Source: a virus. Taken from it: DNA of 39,394 bases. Of this stretch, positions 32,027 to 38,719 are shown piece after piece. How positions within the stretch are numbered: position 1 is the stretch's first letter; each line of letters starts with the position of its first letter. The stretch is taken from positions 1 to 39,394 of the IMG/VR virus record IMGVR_UViG_3300045988_030421; one strand, 5' to 3'. The position numbers and the translations under genes are program-made. Under the pieces are notes generated by a model. The model saw only the letters and a program-made list of their open reading frames with translations, was not told the DNA's origin and made no database searches.

Positions 32027-32263
32027 ATGGCGAGAACGCAGGCCGAAAAGATCCTCGATCACATGTGGATGTATGGCAGCATCACGCCACTTGAGGCGTT
32101 GAAAGAATACGGCTGCATGCGCCTTGCGAGCAGGATCACAGACCTGAAAAAAGCTGGGTATGCAATCGAGCGAGAGATCATCAGCAGAAAAAACAAGAAC
32201 GGCGAAACCGTGCGATATGCCCGGTATTGGCTGCGACAGAACGGAGGTGAAATGAGTGGTTAA
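32027..32263 (+). CDS. Winged-helix (HTH_39-like) DNA-binding protein
   Basis: MARTQAEKILDHMWMYGSITPLEALKEYGCMRLASRITDLKKAGYAIE...VRYARYWL. ATG 32027 follows AGGAGGG. Confidence 0.55.
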   Translation: MARTQAEKILDHMWMYGSITPLEALKEYGCMRLASRITDLKKAGYAIEREIISRKNKNGETVRYARYWLRQNGGEMSG

Positions 32264-32459
32264 TACGCTCCTGAGATCAAGAATCGTCCTTAGAGGGACG
32301 ACACAAAAAGCAGTTGCCGATGAAATGGGGATCAATTACCGAGTGTTCGGCAACAAAATCAACCGGCGAACCGTGAACGGCTACGAGGCCCGTTTCACGG
32401 ATGAACAAAAGGCATGGCTTGCTGAAAAATTTCAGCTTGACGTAAATGAAATCGAGTAA
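32256..32459 (+). CDS. Small HTH-like regulator (67 aa)
   Basis: ...RGTTQKAVADEMGINYRVFGNKINRR... has an XRE-like helix-turn-helix. GTG start overlaps the upstream stop. Confidence 0.5.
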   Translation: MVNTLLRSRIVLRGTTQKAVADEMGINYRVFGNKINRRTVNGYEARFTDEQKAWLAEKFQLDVNEIE

Positions 32460-32473
32460 AGGAGATTGAAAAA

Positions 32474-32962
32474 ATGGGAAAATTCAAAGTCGGCGACGTG
32501 GTCAGCGTAAAGAACAAGCTCGGAGGATATAACAGGAATGTAACAGAGCTGCGCAAGTATTGCGGTGGAACGTTTGTTGTAAAGGAAAACATGATCTTCT
32601 GTGATGAAGATGGGTACGTTCTCAGGGATTGCAATGGCAAGTGCACAGATGCGGCGCTTATAGATTTGCTACTGAAAGCCTTGAGCTTTACACTGGCAAA
32701 TACAAGCCCGGCGACCGTGTTATTGCCGTTGACAACATTCACGCATACCCGGATGGAGCTGCTGGCGTTATCGTTGATGTCTACAGAGCAGACCCGCGTG
32801 AAGGCAACAACGATTATAAGGTCAAATTCGACCTCGGCGGCAATTATTGGAGCAATATTCTCCGCCTTGCAGAGCAGCCCGTTATCGTTATCACTTGCGA
32901 TGGGAAGACCACGACGGCAACGCTCCGAGATGGCAAGCAGGTGCTTAAAAGCGAGAGCGTGA
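32474..32962 (+). CDS. SH3/KOW-like small-domain protein. Only the first ~60 codons look genuine; the remainder is probably an out-of-frame read of the next ORF.
   Basis: MGKFKVGDVVSVKNKLGG...FVVKENMIFCDEDGYVLRDCNGK is protein-like. From about 32660 on the sequence is S/L/T/A-rich low complexity, while frame -1 (32629..33258) is protein-like. Confidence 0.4.
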   Translation: MGKFKVGDVVSVKNKLGGYNRNVTELRKYCGGTFVVKENMIFCDEDGYVLRDCNGKCTDAALIDLLLKALSFTLANTSPATVLLPLTTFTHTRMELLALSLMSTEQTRVKATTIIRSNSTSAAIIGAIFSALQSSPLSLSLAMGRPRRQRSEMASRCLKARA

Positions 32963-33258
32963 GCCTGTACCATAAAGACACGTTCGACCATTTCACCGGC
33001 GCGGAATATGCCCTGAAAAAGCTGTTTGATAAGCCTCTGGACGAGCCGAAGCTCTACAATGGCAAGGTCGTGTGCACAAAGTCGAATTCGAAGTGGTGGA
33101 CTGTTGGCAAGATTTACACCTTTGAAAATGGCGCGACTGTTGACGATAATGGCGAGATCAAACCTGTGACCGGGGAAAGATTCGCAAATTTCCGCGAGTT
33201 TCGGAGTTGGGCAAGGTTTGGCTGCACCGAAATTGATTTTGTCGAGCTGGTCGATTGA
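32629..33258 (+). CDS. Hypothetical protein with repeated KxKxGD SH3-like units, possibly the downstream part of a frameshifted gene
   Basis: ...LYTGKYKPGDRVIAVDN... and ...LYNGKVVCTKSNSKWWTVGKIYTF... repeat the KFKVGDVVSV theme of 32474. There is no good RBS or ATG at its 5' end (TTG 32629). Confidence 0.55.
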   Translation: MQWQVHRCGAYRFATESLELYTGKYKPGDRVIAVDNIHAYPDGAAGVIVDVYRADPREGNNDYKVKFDLGGNYWSNILRLAEQPVIVITCDGKTTTATLRDGKQVLKSESVSLYHKDTFDHFTGAEYALKKLFDKPLDEPKLYNGKVVCTKSNSKWWTVGKIYTFENGATVDDNGEIKPVTGERFANFREFRSWARFGCTEIDFVELVD

Positions 33259-33272
33259 TGGAGGTGCGAAAA

Positions 33273-33749
33273 ATGACGTTGTATGAAATGACGGCAAACG
33301 CAATTTATCTGTATGACCTCCTGAGCAATGGAGACATTGACGAGCAGACCGTGAACGACAGCCTTGAGGGGATGGACGTTGCTGGAAAGCTCGAGGACTA
33401 TTGCAAGGTTATCCGGCAGTTCGAGGCTGATGCAGCGGCGTACAAGGCTGAAAAAGACCGGCTCGCAGCGAAGCAGAAAAAAGCCGAGGAAGCGGTCGAA
33501 AGACTTGAGGCAGCCGTGCTTAATTATATGTCGGCAACGAATACCGAAAAGGTAAAATGCGGCGTGTTCGACGTTAAGGTCAAGCAGAGCAAAGCTGCGA
33601 ACATCGTTAATGCTGATGAGATCAGCCCTGAGTACATGATCCAGCAGCCGCCGAAGATTGACCGCGCGGCGATCAGAAAAGCCCTCATGTCCGGCAAGGC
33701 GGTCGATGGCGCAGAGCTGAAAATCAATTACTCTATCAATATCAAATAA
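33273..33749 (+). CDS. Siphovirus Gp157-family protein
   Basis: MTLYEMTANAIYLYDLL....DEQTVNDSLEGM....KLEDYCKVIRQFEADAAAYKAEKDRLAAKQKK...PEYM...PKIDRAAIRKALMSGKAVDGAEL fits the Gp157 pattern. ATG 33273 follows GGAGGTG. Confidence 0.7.
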   Translation: MTLYEMTANAIYLYDLLSNGDIDEQTVNDSLEGMDVAGKLEDYCKVIRQFEADAAAYKAEKDRLAAKQKKAEEAVERLEAAVLNYMSATNTEKVKCGVFDVKVKQSKAANIVNADEISPEYMIQQPPKIDRAAIRKALMSGKAVDGAELKINYSINIK

Positions 33750-33767
33750 ACAAAAGGAGATGCAAAA

Positions 33768-34016
33768 ATGAATGAAATGCTTTGTGAAGTCTTGAACTTG
33801 TGCTACAAGATCAGCACAGAGAGCGAGGCGGATGTTTTCTTCGATTATATTCCGCATTGCAATGCGTATCATGTGGATGTATATCCGCATGGCTGGAAGC
33901 CGAAAACCGGCAAGCATCCACTTACCGGTAGCGTTGAGACGTTGACCGAGGAAAGCCTGAAAAATACGATCATCCAGCTCAAGGCTATTGCGATGTTCTT
34001 GGAGGTGGCGGCGTGA
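33768..34016 (+). CDS. Hypothetical protein (82 aa)
   Basis: RBS is AAGGAG. No family recognised. Confidence 0.6.
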   Translation: MNEMLCEVLNLCYKISTESEADVFFDYIPHCNAYHVDVYPHGWKPKTGKHPLTGSVETLTEESLKNTIIQLKAIAMFLEVAA

Positions 34017-34729
34017 ATTTTGGCGAGAAGAAAAGCGAATACAGCGCGAAGCATGGCGGCGAGATTCCGGTCTGGCAGTCGCCGAAATACGTGGAGGCAA
34101 AGCGCAAGGCCGTTGAGATCATCGAGAGCAAAAAATATGACTTGTGCGAGGCCGATTTCTGGATTTTGATGAATGTCACGAAGTCCGGCAAAATGGCATA
34201 TACGGGGCTTATCGCAAGCCACAACGCTTGCCTCAAGATCAACGACAAGCTGCCGAGCAAATTTAATCCTGATTGCGTCACGTATGATAAGCAGGGCTAT
34301 AACGGCTCGTTGGTGTTTACATATTGCAATGCGGATCAGGGCATTTACGAGGTCGGCGAGGTCAGCAGCTCGAATTGCAAAAACGATTATCCGTATGCAA
34401 TGGCTTTCAAACGCCTGTTCGACCGTGTGGTCTTGAAGTTGTCGAAGCTGGCATATAGCGGCGTTTATTCTGACAGTGAAAGCGACGAGTTCACGCAGCG
34501 TTTGGAGGCTGCTCAGGACGCGCAAAGCGCCACGGAGGGTAATTATACCCGCAAGCCTGCGAAAGCTCCTGAGGCGGCTACAAATGGCGCGCAGATGAAA
34601 GTAACAAGTGACGGCGAGTTTGTGCCGACGTGTGCAGATTGCAATGCTGTTATCTCCGACAAGGTTCACGATTATTCCGTGAAGAAGTTCGGCAAGCCTT
34701 TGTGTATGGATTGCCAGCGGAAACAATGA
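34013..34729 (+). CDS. Hypothetical protein with C-terminal CxxC...CxxC zinc ribbon; possible ssDNA-annealing/recombination protein by context
   Basis: 238 aa. ...YPYAMAFKRLFDRVVLKLSKLAYSGVYSDSESDEF... and CADCNAVISDKVHDYSVKKFGKPLCMDCQ. It is flanked by Gp157 and a NinB-like gene. Family not confidently recognised. Confidence 0.5.
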   Translation: MNFGEKKSEYSAKHGGEIPVWQSPKYVEAKRKAVEIIESKKYDLCEADFWILMNVTKSGKMAYTGLIASHNACLKINDKLPSKFNPDCVTYDKQGYNGSLVFTYCNADQGIYEVGEVSSSNCKNDYPYAMAFKRLFDRVVLKLSKLAYSGVYSDSESDEFTQRLEAAQDAQSATEGNYTRKPAKAPEAATNGAQMKVTSDGEFVPTCADCNAVISDKVHDYSVKKFGKPLCMDCQRKQ

Positions 34730-35238
34730 CGACGATCAAGTTTGACGGCGCAGAAATTCGTGAGGGATGGCTCTGCCTCCATCCCTCCGAATATTCCGAC
34801 AAGGCGAATGCGCAGGCGTTTGTATATGGTTTCAAAGGGCTGTACGATGCCGAGCTGAAAAAGCATTTTGAAAAGAGATCACTCAATGCGAACGCCTATG
34901 CGTGGAAGTTGATAACGGAGATCGGGAACGTGTTGAGGTTGAGCAAAGAGGACGTTTATCTTGAGATGCTCAAGCGGTATGGGCAGGGCGGTGCGGTCAG
35001 CGTTCAGGCAAAATACGCTGACAGTTTCCGCAGATCATACAAGTATAACGAGAGCTTGGGCACTTCCGAGCTTAACGGCAAGATGTGGGAGCACTTCCGG
35101 TTCTGGATTGGCAGCAGCGAGTATAATACCCGTGAAATGTCGATTCTGATTGACGGCATAGTCGAAGAGGCAAAAGCGCTCGACATTGAGACGCTGACCG
35201 AAGCAGAGCTTGCGCGGATGAAAGACGAATGGAGCTGA
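34726..35238 (+). CDS. NinB/Orf-like recombination mediator
   Basis: ATG 34726 overlaps the upstream stop (ATGA). ...FEKRSLNANAYAWKLITEIGNVL... parallels lambda Orf ...ERNRSLDQNRKLWACLGDVS... Confidence 0.5.
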   Translation: MTTIKFDGAEIREGWLCLHPSEYSDKANAQAFVYGFKGLYDAELKKHFEKRSLNANAYAWKLITEIGNVLRLSKEDVYLEMLKRYGQGGAVSVQAKYADSFRRSYKYNESLGTSELNGKMWEHFRFWIGSSEYNTREMSILIDGIVEEAKALDIETLTEAELARMKDEWS

Positions 35239-35522
35239 TGTCGATGAGCGATAGCATCATGCAAAACGAGAAAGAGTGCTACATAACAGGATCACGAACG
35301 AACCTGCATAAACACCACATTTTCCCCGGCAGCAGGCGCAAAGCGTCCGAGCAGTGGGGGTGCTGGGTGTGGCTGCGGCAGGATTGGCACAATGGCGCAT
35401 CGTATTGCGTTCATTTCGATGCAGAGCTTTCGAGGCGCTTGAAAGCTGAATGTCAGGCAAGGTTCGAGGCGCTTTACGGTCATGATAAGTTCATGGAGGT
35501 TTTCGGCAAAAATTACATCTGA
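35229..35522 (+). CDS. Ref-like (RecA-dependent nuclease family) small HNH-type protein
   Basis: ...ECYITGSRTNLHKHHIFPGSRRKASEQWGCWVWLRQDWHNGASYCVHFDAELSRRLK...FGKNYI. In-frame ATGs at 35229, 35238, 35244 and 35259 leave the start uncertain. Confidence 0.45.
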   Translation: MELMSMSDSIMQNEKECYITGSRTNLHKHHIFPGSRRKASEQWGCWVWLRQDWHNGASYCVHFDAELSRRLKAECQARFEALYGHDKFMEVFGKNYI

Positions 35523-35575
35523 TTCATGTAGCGAAGTGTACAAATTCTCCGGATAAAGTTTGTGTATTATGAGAA

Positions 35576-35603
35576 TTGAAATATACCTCAAAGGGTATAT
35601 AAT
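35576..35603 (+). promoter_or_regulatory. SigmaA-like promoter with embedded inverted repeat (copy 2 of twin element)
   Basis: TTGAAA (35576-35581), 16-nt spacer containing ATATACC-N6-GGTATAT (35581-35600), TATAAT (35598-35603), then GTCAAGAGGACAAAG (35611-35625). Confidence 0.65.
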
Positions 35604-35651
35604 AATGCTTGTCAAGAGGACAAAGACACAAACAAAAAACAAAAGGAGATC

Positions 35652-35855
35652 ATGAAAATGAGCAAAAGATTTTATGCAGTGCAGCATGGAGACGACTTCG
35701 CGAGTGATTATGGCAGCAGCGTCAAGCGCGAGGCTATGAAGATGGCGAGAGAGCTTGCAAAGGAATATCCCGGCGAAGAAATCCGCATCTGCCTTTGCAG
35801 AGAGGACGACGATTTCTGCGAGGGCGAGATCATCGTCAAAGCTGGAAGCCGATAA
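35652..35855 (+). CDS. Hypothetical small acidic protein (67 aa)
   Basis: AGGAG RBS. ATG 35652 or ATG 35658 could be the start. Confidence 0.55.
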   Translation: MKMSKRFYAVQHGDDFASDYGSSVKREAMKMARELAKEYPGEEIRICLCREDDDFCEGEIIVKAGSR

Positions 35856-35899
35856 ACAAAAGCCCGCCCCGGAGGTTACGAGGGCATTAAAACGAAACG

Positions 35900-36154
35900 A
35901 TGAATGATGAAAAATATTTGTTTGTCTCCGATGTAGCTGAAAAGAAGCGGACTGCGAGAGGCATCCATAATAAAAGGACGCATGCAGGCAAGGGCGGGAG
36001 CGTAAAATTTCCGTCCGATTACATGAGTAAAAAGGAGATCAAAGCTATGAGCGGCGAGGTGAAATCTTATCGGATGAATGATCCGATCACGTGGGGCGAA
36101 TTCAGGGCTATGCCCGACGACATTAAAGCCCTGTATATCAAAGCGTTGCGTTAA
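35900..36154 (+). CDS. N-terminal fragment of a putative DNA-binding protein, ended by an in-frame TAA
   Basis: ...ITWGEFRAMPDDIKALYIKALR*. The same frame continues open into 36179..36520. Confidence 0.5.
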   Translation: MNDEKYLFVSDVAEKKRTARGIHNKRTHAGKGGSVKFPSDYMSKKEIKAMSGEVKSYRMNDPITWGEFRAMPDDIKALYIKALR

Positions 36155-36178
36155 AAGTTCGGCGCACCTGACAGGGCG

Positions 36179-36520
36179 TTGTACGAAATGCTTGGAACTA
36201 CAAGATCAAACTTTTCGTATGTCATGAATCGAATCGGCTGCCCGGCTGGGAGACGGCATGATAAAGTCTTTGACAAAGACGGCTTTGAAAATTGGCTGCA
36301 TGGTGGGGACGAAAGACTGGTCGAAGCAGTTGAAGAAGCCGAGCCTGTAGAAAGTGCCGTGGAAGATCAGGACGTTGACCTGAGCGAAAAAGAGCGGCTG
36401 CTCAACGAGATTGATTTCCAGCATGAGCAGATCATGCGACTGACAAAGGAAAATGAAATTCTCAAGGCGAAACTTGAGATCGTGTACTTGATTTTTGGAA
36501 ATGGGGATATGAAAAAATGA
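36179..36520 (+). CDS. C-terminal fragment (HTH-like + coiled coil) of the same putative protein
   Basis: Same reading frame as 35900..36154. Residues after the stop are KFGAPDRALYEMLGTTRSNFSYVMNRIGC (HTH-like). Only a TTG start (36179) or ATG 36188 is available, with no RBS. Confidence 0.45.
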   Translation: MYEMLGTTRSNFSYVMNRIGCPAGRRHDKVFDKDGFENWLHGGDERLVEAVEEAEPVESAVEDQDVDLSEKERLLNEIDFQHEQIMRLTKENEILKAKLEIVYLIFGNGDMKK

Positions 36521-36672
36521 AAATGTTCGGAGATCCTGAGACGAAAAAGAAGTTTGATAAGGGTGCGGCTTTCATTGTTTTTAACATTGGGCGCGCGGCG
36601 TTGCTTTTTGGGGCTGGGTGGCTTTTGAGCTTTGTGCTGTGGCTGGTGTTCAAGCTGTTCGGTGTGGCGTAA
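36517..36672 (+). CDS. Small membrane protein (51 aa)
   Basis: ATG 36517 overlaps the upstream stop (ATGA). ...AAFIVFNIGRAALLFGAGWLLSFVLWLVFKLFGVA gives two hydrophobic helices. Below the track cutoff. Confidence 0.45.
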   Translation: MKMFGDPETKKKFDKGAAFIVFNIGRAALLFGAGWLLSFVLWLVFKLFGVA

Positions 36673-36684
36673 GGGGGTGCAAAT

Positions 36685-37059
36685 ATGGATGCGCTGAAAT
36701 TTATCGAAGAACGGAACCGGATGTGTTACCGATATTGGAAGGCAGATGGCGATTGTGATGATTGCCCGCTTGTTTATACGAGAGAATGCAACGAGATGCG
36801 TAACATGGTCGATGATTCCGGCAAGGCTGTTGGGAAGGTCGTGGAAATCGTCGAGAAGTGGTCAAAGGAGCATCCGCGCAAGACGCGGCAGGACGTGTTT
36901 CTGGAGCAGTGGCCGGAAGCGGGATTGGTTGATGGCATCATCGATGTTAATCCGTGCCGTCTCGTGGCGGCTTTTCGGCTCGGGCAAGAGTGCCACAAGA
37001 CTTTTTGCTACGATTGCCGCCGCGAGTTCTGGATGCAGGAGGTGGAGGGGAATGAGTGA
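36685..37059 (+). CDS. Cys-rich hypothetical protein (124 aa)
   Basis: RBS is AAGGGGGTG. Cysteines in CYRYW..DGDCDDCP...EC and C..FCYDC suggest metal binding. Confidence 0.6.
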   Translation: MDALKFIEERNRMCYRYWKADGDCDDCPLVYTRECNEMRNMVDDSGKAVGKVVEIVEKWSKEHPRKTRQDVFLEQWPEAGLVDGIIDVNPCRLVAAFRLGQECHKTFCYDCRREFWMQEVEGNE

Positions 37060-37202
37060 AAGACAAGAACACCGCCAGAGACTTAACGCCAGGATTGCAT
37101 ACGCCGCCGCTATTGAGTGATGGGCGAAGAATCAGCCGCCACGCATTCGGTTCTTTGCCGTCAGACGCTGGCTGAAAGAGATGCCGAGGAAGGAGAATTT
37201 TT

Positions 37203-37559
37203 ATGCGGATGATTGATGCAGACAACGCACTGGAATTGTTCCGGGCAGAGTACCAGAATACGGAAAATCTGATAAAGCAAGGCGAAAAGCAGCTTGATAG
37301 CCTTGCAGAGGGGTACACGGAAGCGGCGCACATAATCAAGCGCATTTCGCCAACCGTGGATGCGGTGCCGGTGGTGCATGGACGGTGGAAGTTGCTGCAC
37401 AAAGGGGGTTGGACTAGCGTCTTTGTGTGCTCTGTGTGCGGGCGGCGAGAAACAATCACAGAAAGCGAATCGTATAACTCGCAGCATAAAATGCCGAAGG
37501 AATATCCGTATTGCCACTGTGGCGCGAGGATGGACGGTGATAGTGATGCGCTTGATTGA
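37203..37559 (+). CDS. Cys-rich hypothetical protein, paralog A (MRxIDADxAL family)
   Basis: MRMIDADNALELF...PTVDAVPVVHGRW...CSVCG...CHCG. RBS is GGAAGGAG. Confidence 0.6.
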   Translation: MRMIDADNALELFRAEYQNTENLIKQGEKQLDSLAEGYTEAAHIIKRISPTVDAVPVVHGRWKLLHKGGWTSVFVCSVCGRRETITESESYNSQHKMPKEYPYCHCGARMDGDSDALD

Positions 37560-38004
37560 CGCGGACGCCGCGCTGCGCAGCCTGTCGGATGATCTGCCGT
37601 ACAAGGGCAGTGCCCGGCGGGTGCTGACACAGGCGCAGACGGTGGATGCCGTGCAGGTCACGCGGTGCATGGACTGCGAAAGCGCGCGGGAGCTTACCCA
37701 GCACGAAAGCATTTATCTGGCCGACGGGGTCTTGATCTGCACAAACTGCGAGGTGTCAGAAGGCTGCCGCCTCCCTGTATGGCCGCAGCATTTTTGCGGA
37801 TACGGCAGGAAAAAGGACGGCAGCGAAGAAGACGTTGTTGAAACCGCGCCGATTGTCAGATGTGAAAACTGCATGTATTGGGTATCCGGCAAGAACGAGT
37901 GCGAGAGCTGGGAATGGTGCAAGATGCTGAACACGGATATGCCGCCGAATGGATTTTGCTATCTCGGCGATCGAAAGGATGACGACGATGCCAAAGAGAA
38001 TTAA
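37546..38004 (+). CDS. Cys-rich hypothetical protein, paralog B (MRxIDADxAL family)
   Basis: ATG 37546 is internal to track ORF 37360..38004. MRLIDADAALRSL...QTVDAVQVTRCMDCE...CTNCE...CENCMYW... Confidence 0.6.
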   Translation: MRLIDADAALRSLSDDLPYKGSARRVLTQAQTVDAVQVTRCMDCESARELTQHESIYLADGVLICTNCEVSEGCRLPVWPQHFCGYGRKKDGSEEDVVETAPIVRCENCMYWVSGKNECESWEWCKMLNTDMPPNGFCYLGDRKDDDDAKEN

Positions 38005-38260
38005 CCCGCGCCGGAGACCGGCAACGATGGCAGACGTGCAGCGTGCAAAGGACGCGGCGACGGCGGATGCCTGCCGCGTGACGCTGGCGATCTTTTTCAC
38101 AGCTCTGCTGGATAAAGAGGGAATGGAGGCCGAGCAGCTGCAGCGCATCTGGCGTGAGGTCGAGGCGCTGAGCGAGAGCGTGCGGGATGGATATGTCTCC
38201 GCACCGGACCTGATCCGCGTGCTGCGGGAAGAGTACGAGATTGATATTATAGGCGGATAA
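37988..38260 (+). CDS. Hypothetical protein (90 aa)
   Basis: ATG 37988 (MPKRINPRRRPATMADVQRAKD...) overlaps the upstream gene end. The track lists start 37949. Confidence 0.55.
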   Translation: MPKRINPRRRPATMADVQRAKDAATADACRVTLAIFFTALLDKEGMEAEQLQRIWREVEALSESVRDGYVSAPDLIRVLREEYEIDIIGG

Positions 38261-38268
38261 AGCATTTA

Positions 38269-38649
38269 ATGCTGGAATGGATGGTGACGAAAATGGCGAG
38301 ACTTAAAAAGATTTGCGGCGATGATGTGGTGCAGATCAAAACGCCATACGGATTGCTTGCGAATAATATCATTATTCAGGCTATTTCGGATTGGGAAAAC
38401 CTCGTAACCGGTGTGCTGTGCGAAACGGCAAAAATCAATTTCGGCGAGCTTCGAGTATTTTTCCGGGATGGTTTTTGCGATGCATTGTTGGCTGGAACAG
38501 ACCTCACCGGCGAATACATCTTGGACGCGCTCGAGGACATGAAGAAAGCGAAAGAATACGGAATGTCGCCTGCGACATGGAGGAAGCGAAGAAGTGGAAG
38601 AAATCAGGCTAAGGCGAAACGTTGCGGGAGGCTACACAGTTTCCGTTAA
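38269..38649 (+). CDS. Hypothetical protein (126 aa). The basic C-terminal tail may be spurious.
   Basis: Long ORF. The last ~25 residues (WRKRRSGRNQAKAKRCGRLHSFR) overlap a better-looking small ORF in another frame. Confidence 0.55.
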   Translation: MLEWMVTKMARLKKICGDDVVQIKTPYGLLANNIIIQAISDWENLVTGVLCETAKINFGELRVFFRDGFCDALLAGTDLTGEYILDALEDMKKAKEYGMSPATWRKRRSGRNQAKAKRCGRLHSFR

Positions 38650-38716
38650 TGGAGATCAGAAAGACTTCGAGAGCTGGCAGGAGCTTTTGAAATATTTGAA
38701 CGAGATAGGAGCGTGA
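38594..38716 (+). CDS. Possible small ORF (40 aa) overlapping the end of 38269..38649
   Basis: GTG 38594 lies 7 nt after GGAGGAAG. Product is VEEIRLRRNVAGGYTVSVNGDQKDFESWQELLKYLNEIGA. It ends 3 nt before the next gene. Confidence 0.3.
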   Translation: MEEIRLRRNVAGGYTVSVNGDQKDFESWQELLKYLNEIGA

Positions 38717-38719
38717 AAA

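Noticed and set aside
32395-34726. Three long minus-strand ORFs (32395-33303, 33114-34100, 33869-34726)
   Set aside because: All three are antisense to plus-strand genes with RBSs and recognisable families (Gp157, zinc-ribbon protein). Their compositions are biased (R, L, F, A) and they lack start signals. The operon is uniformly plus-strand.
35856-35899. Possible third, degenerate copy of the conserved hairpin element (ACAAAAGCCCGCCCCGGAGG...)
   Set aside because: Only the first ~10 nt resemble the element. The potential stem is 4 bp (GCCC/GGGC) and the dual-fold architecture is absent.
36152-37120. Genome-wide stop-codon reassignment as the explanation for the in-frame TAA (36152) and TGA (37118)
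   Set aside because: TAA, TAG and TGA all terminate well-supported genes here, often in ATGA/TAATG coupling overlaps. No suppressor tRNA gene is visible. The two cases are better treated as local events.
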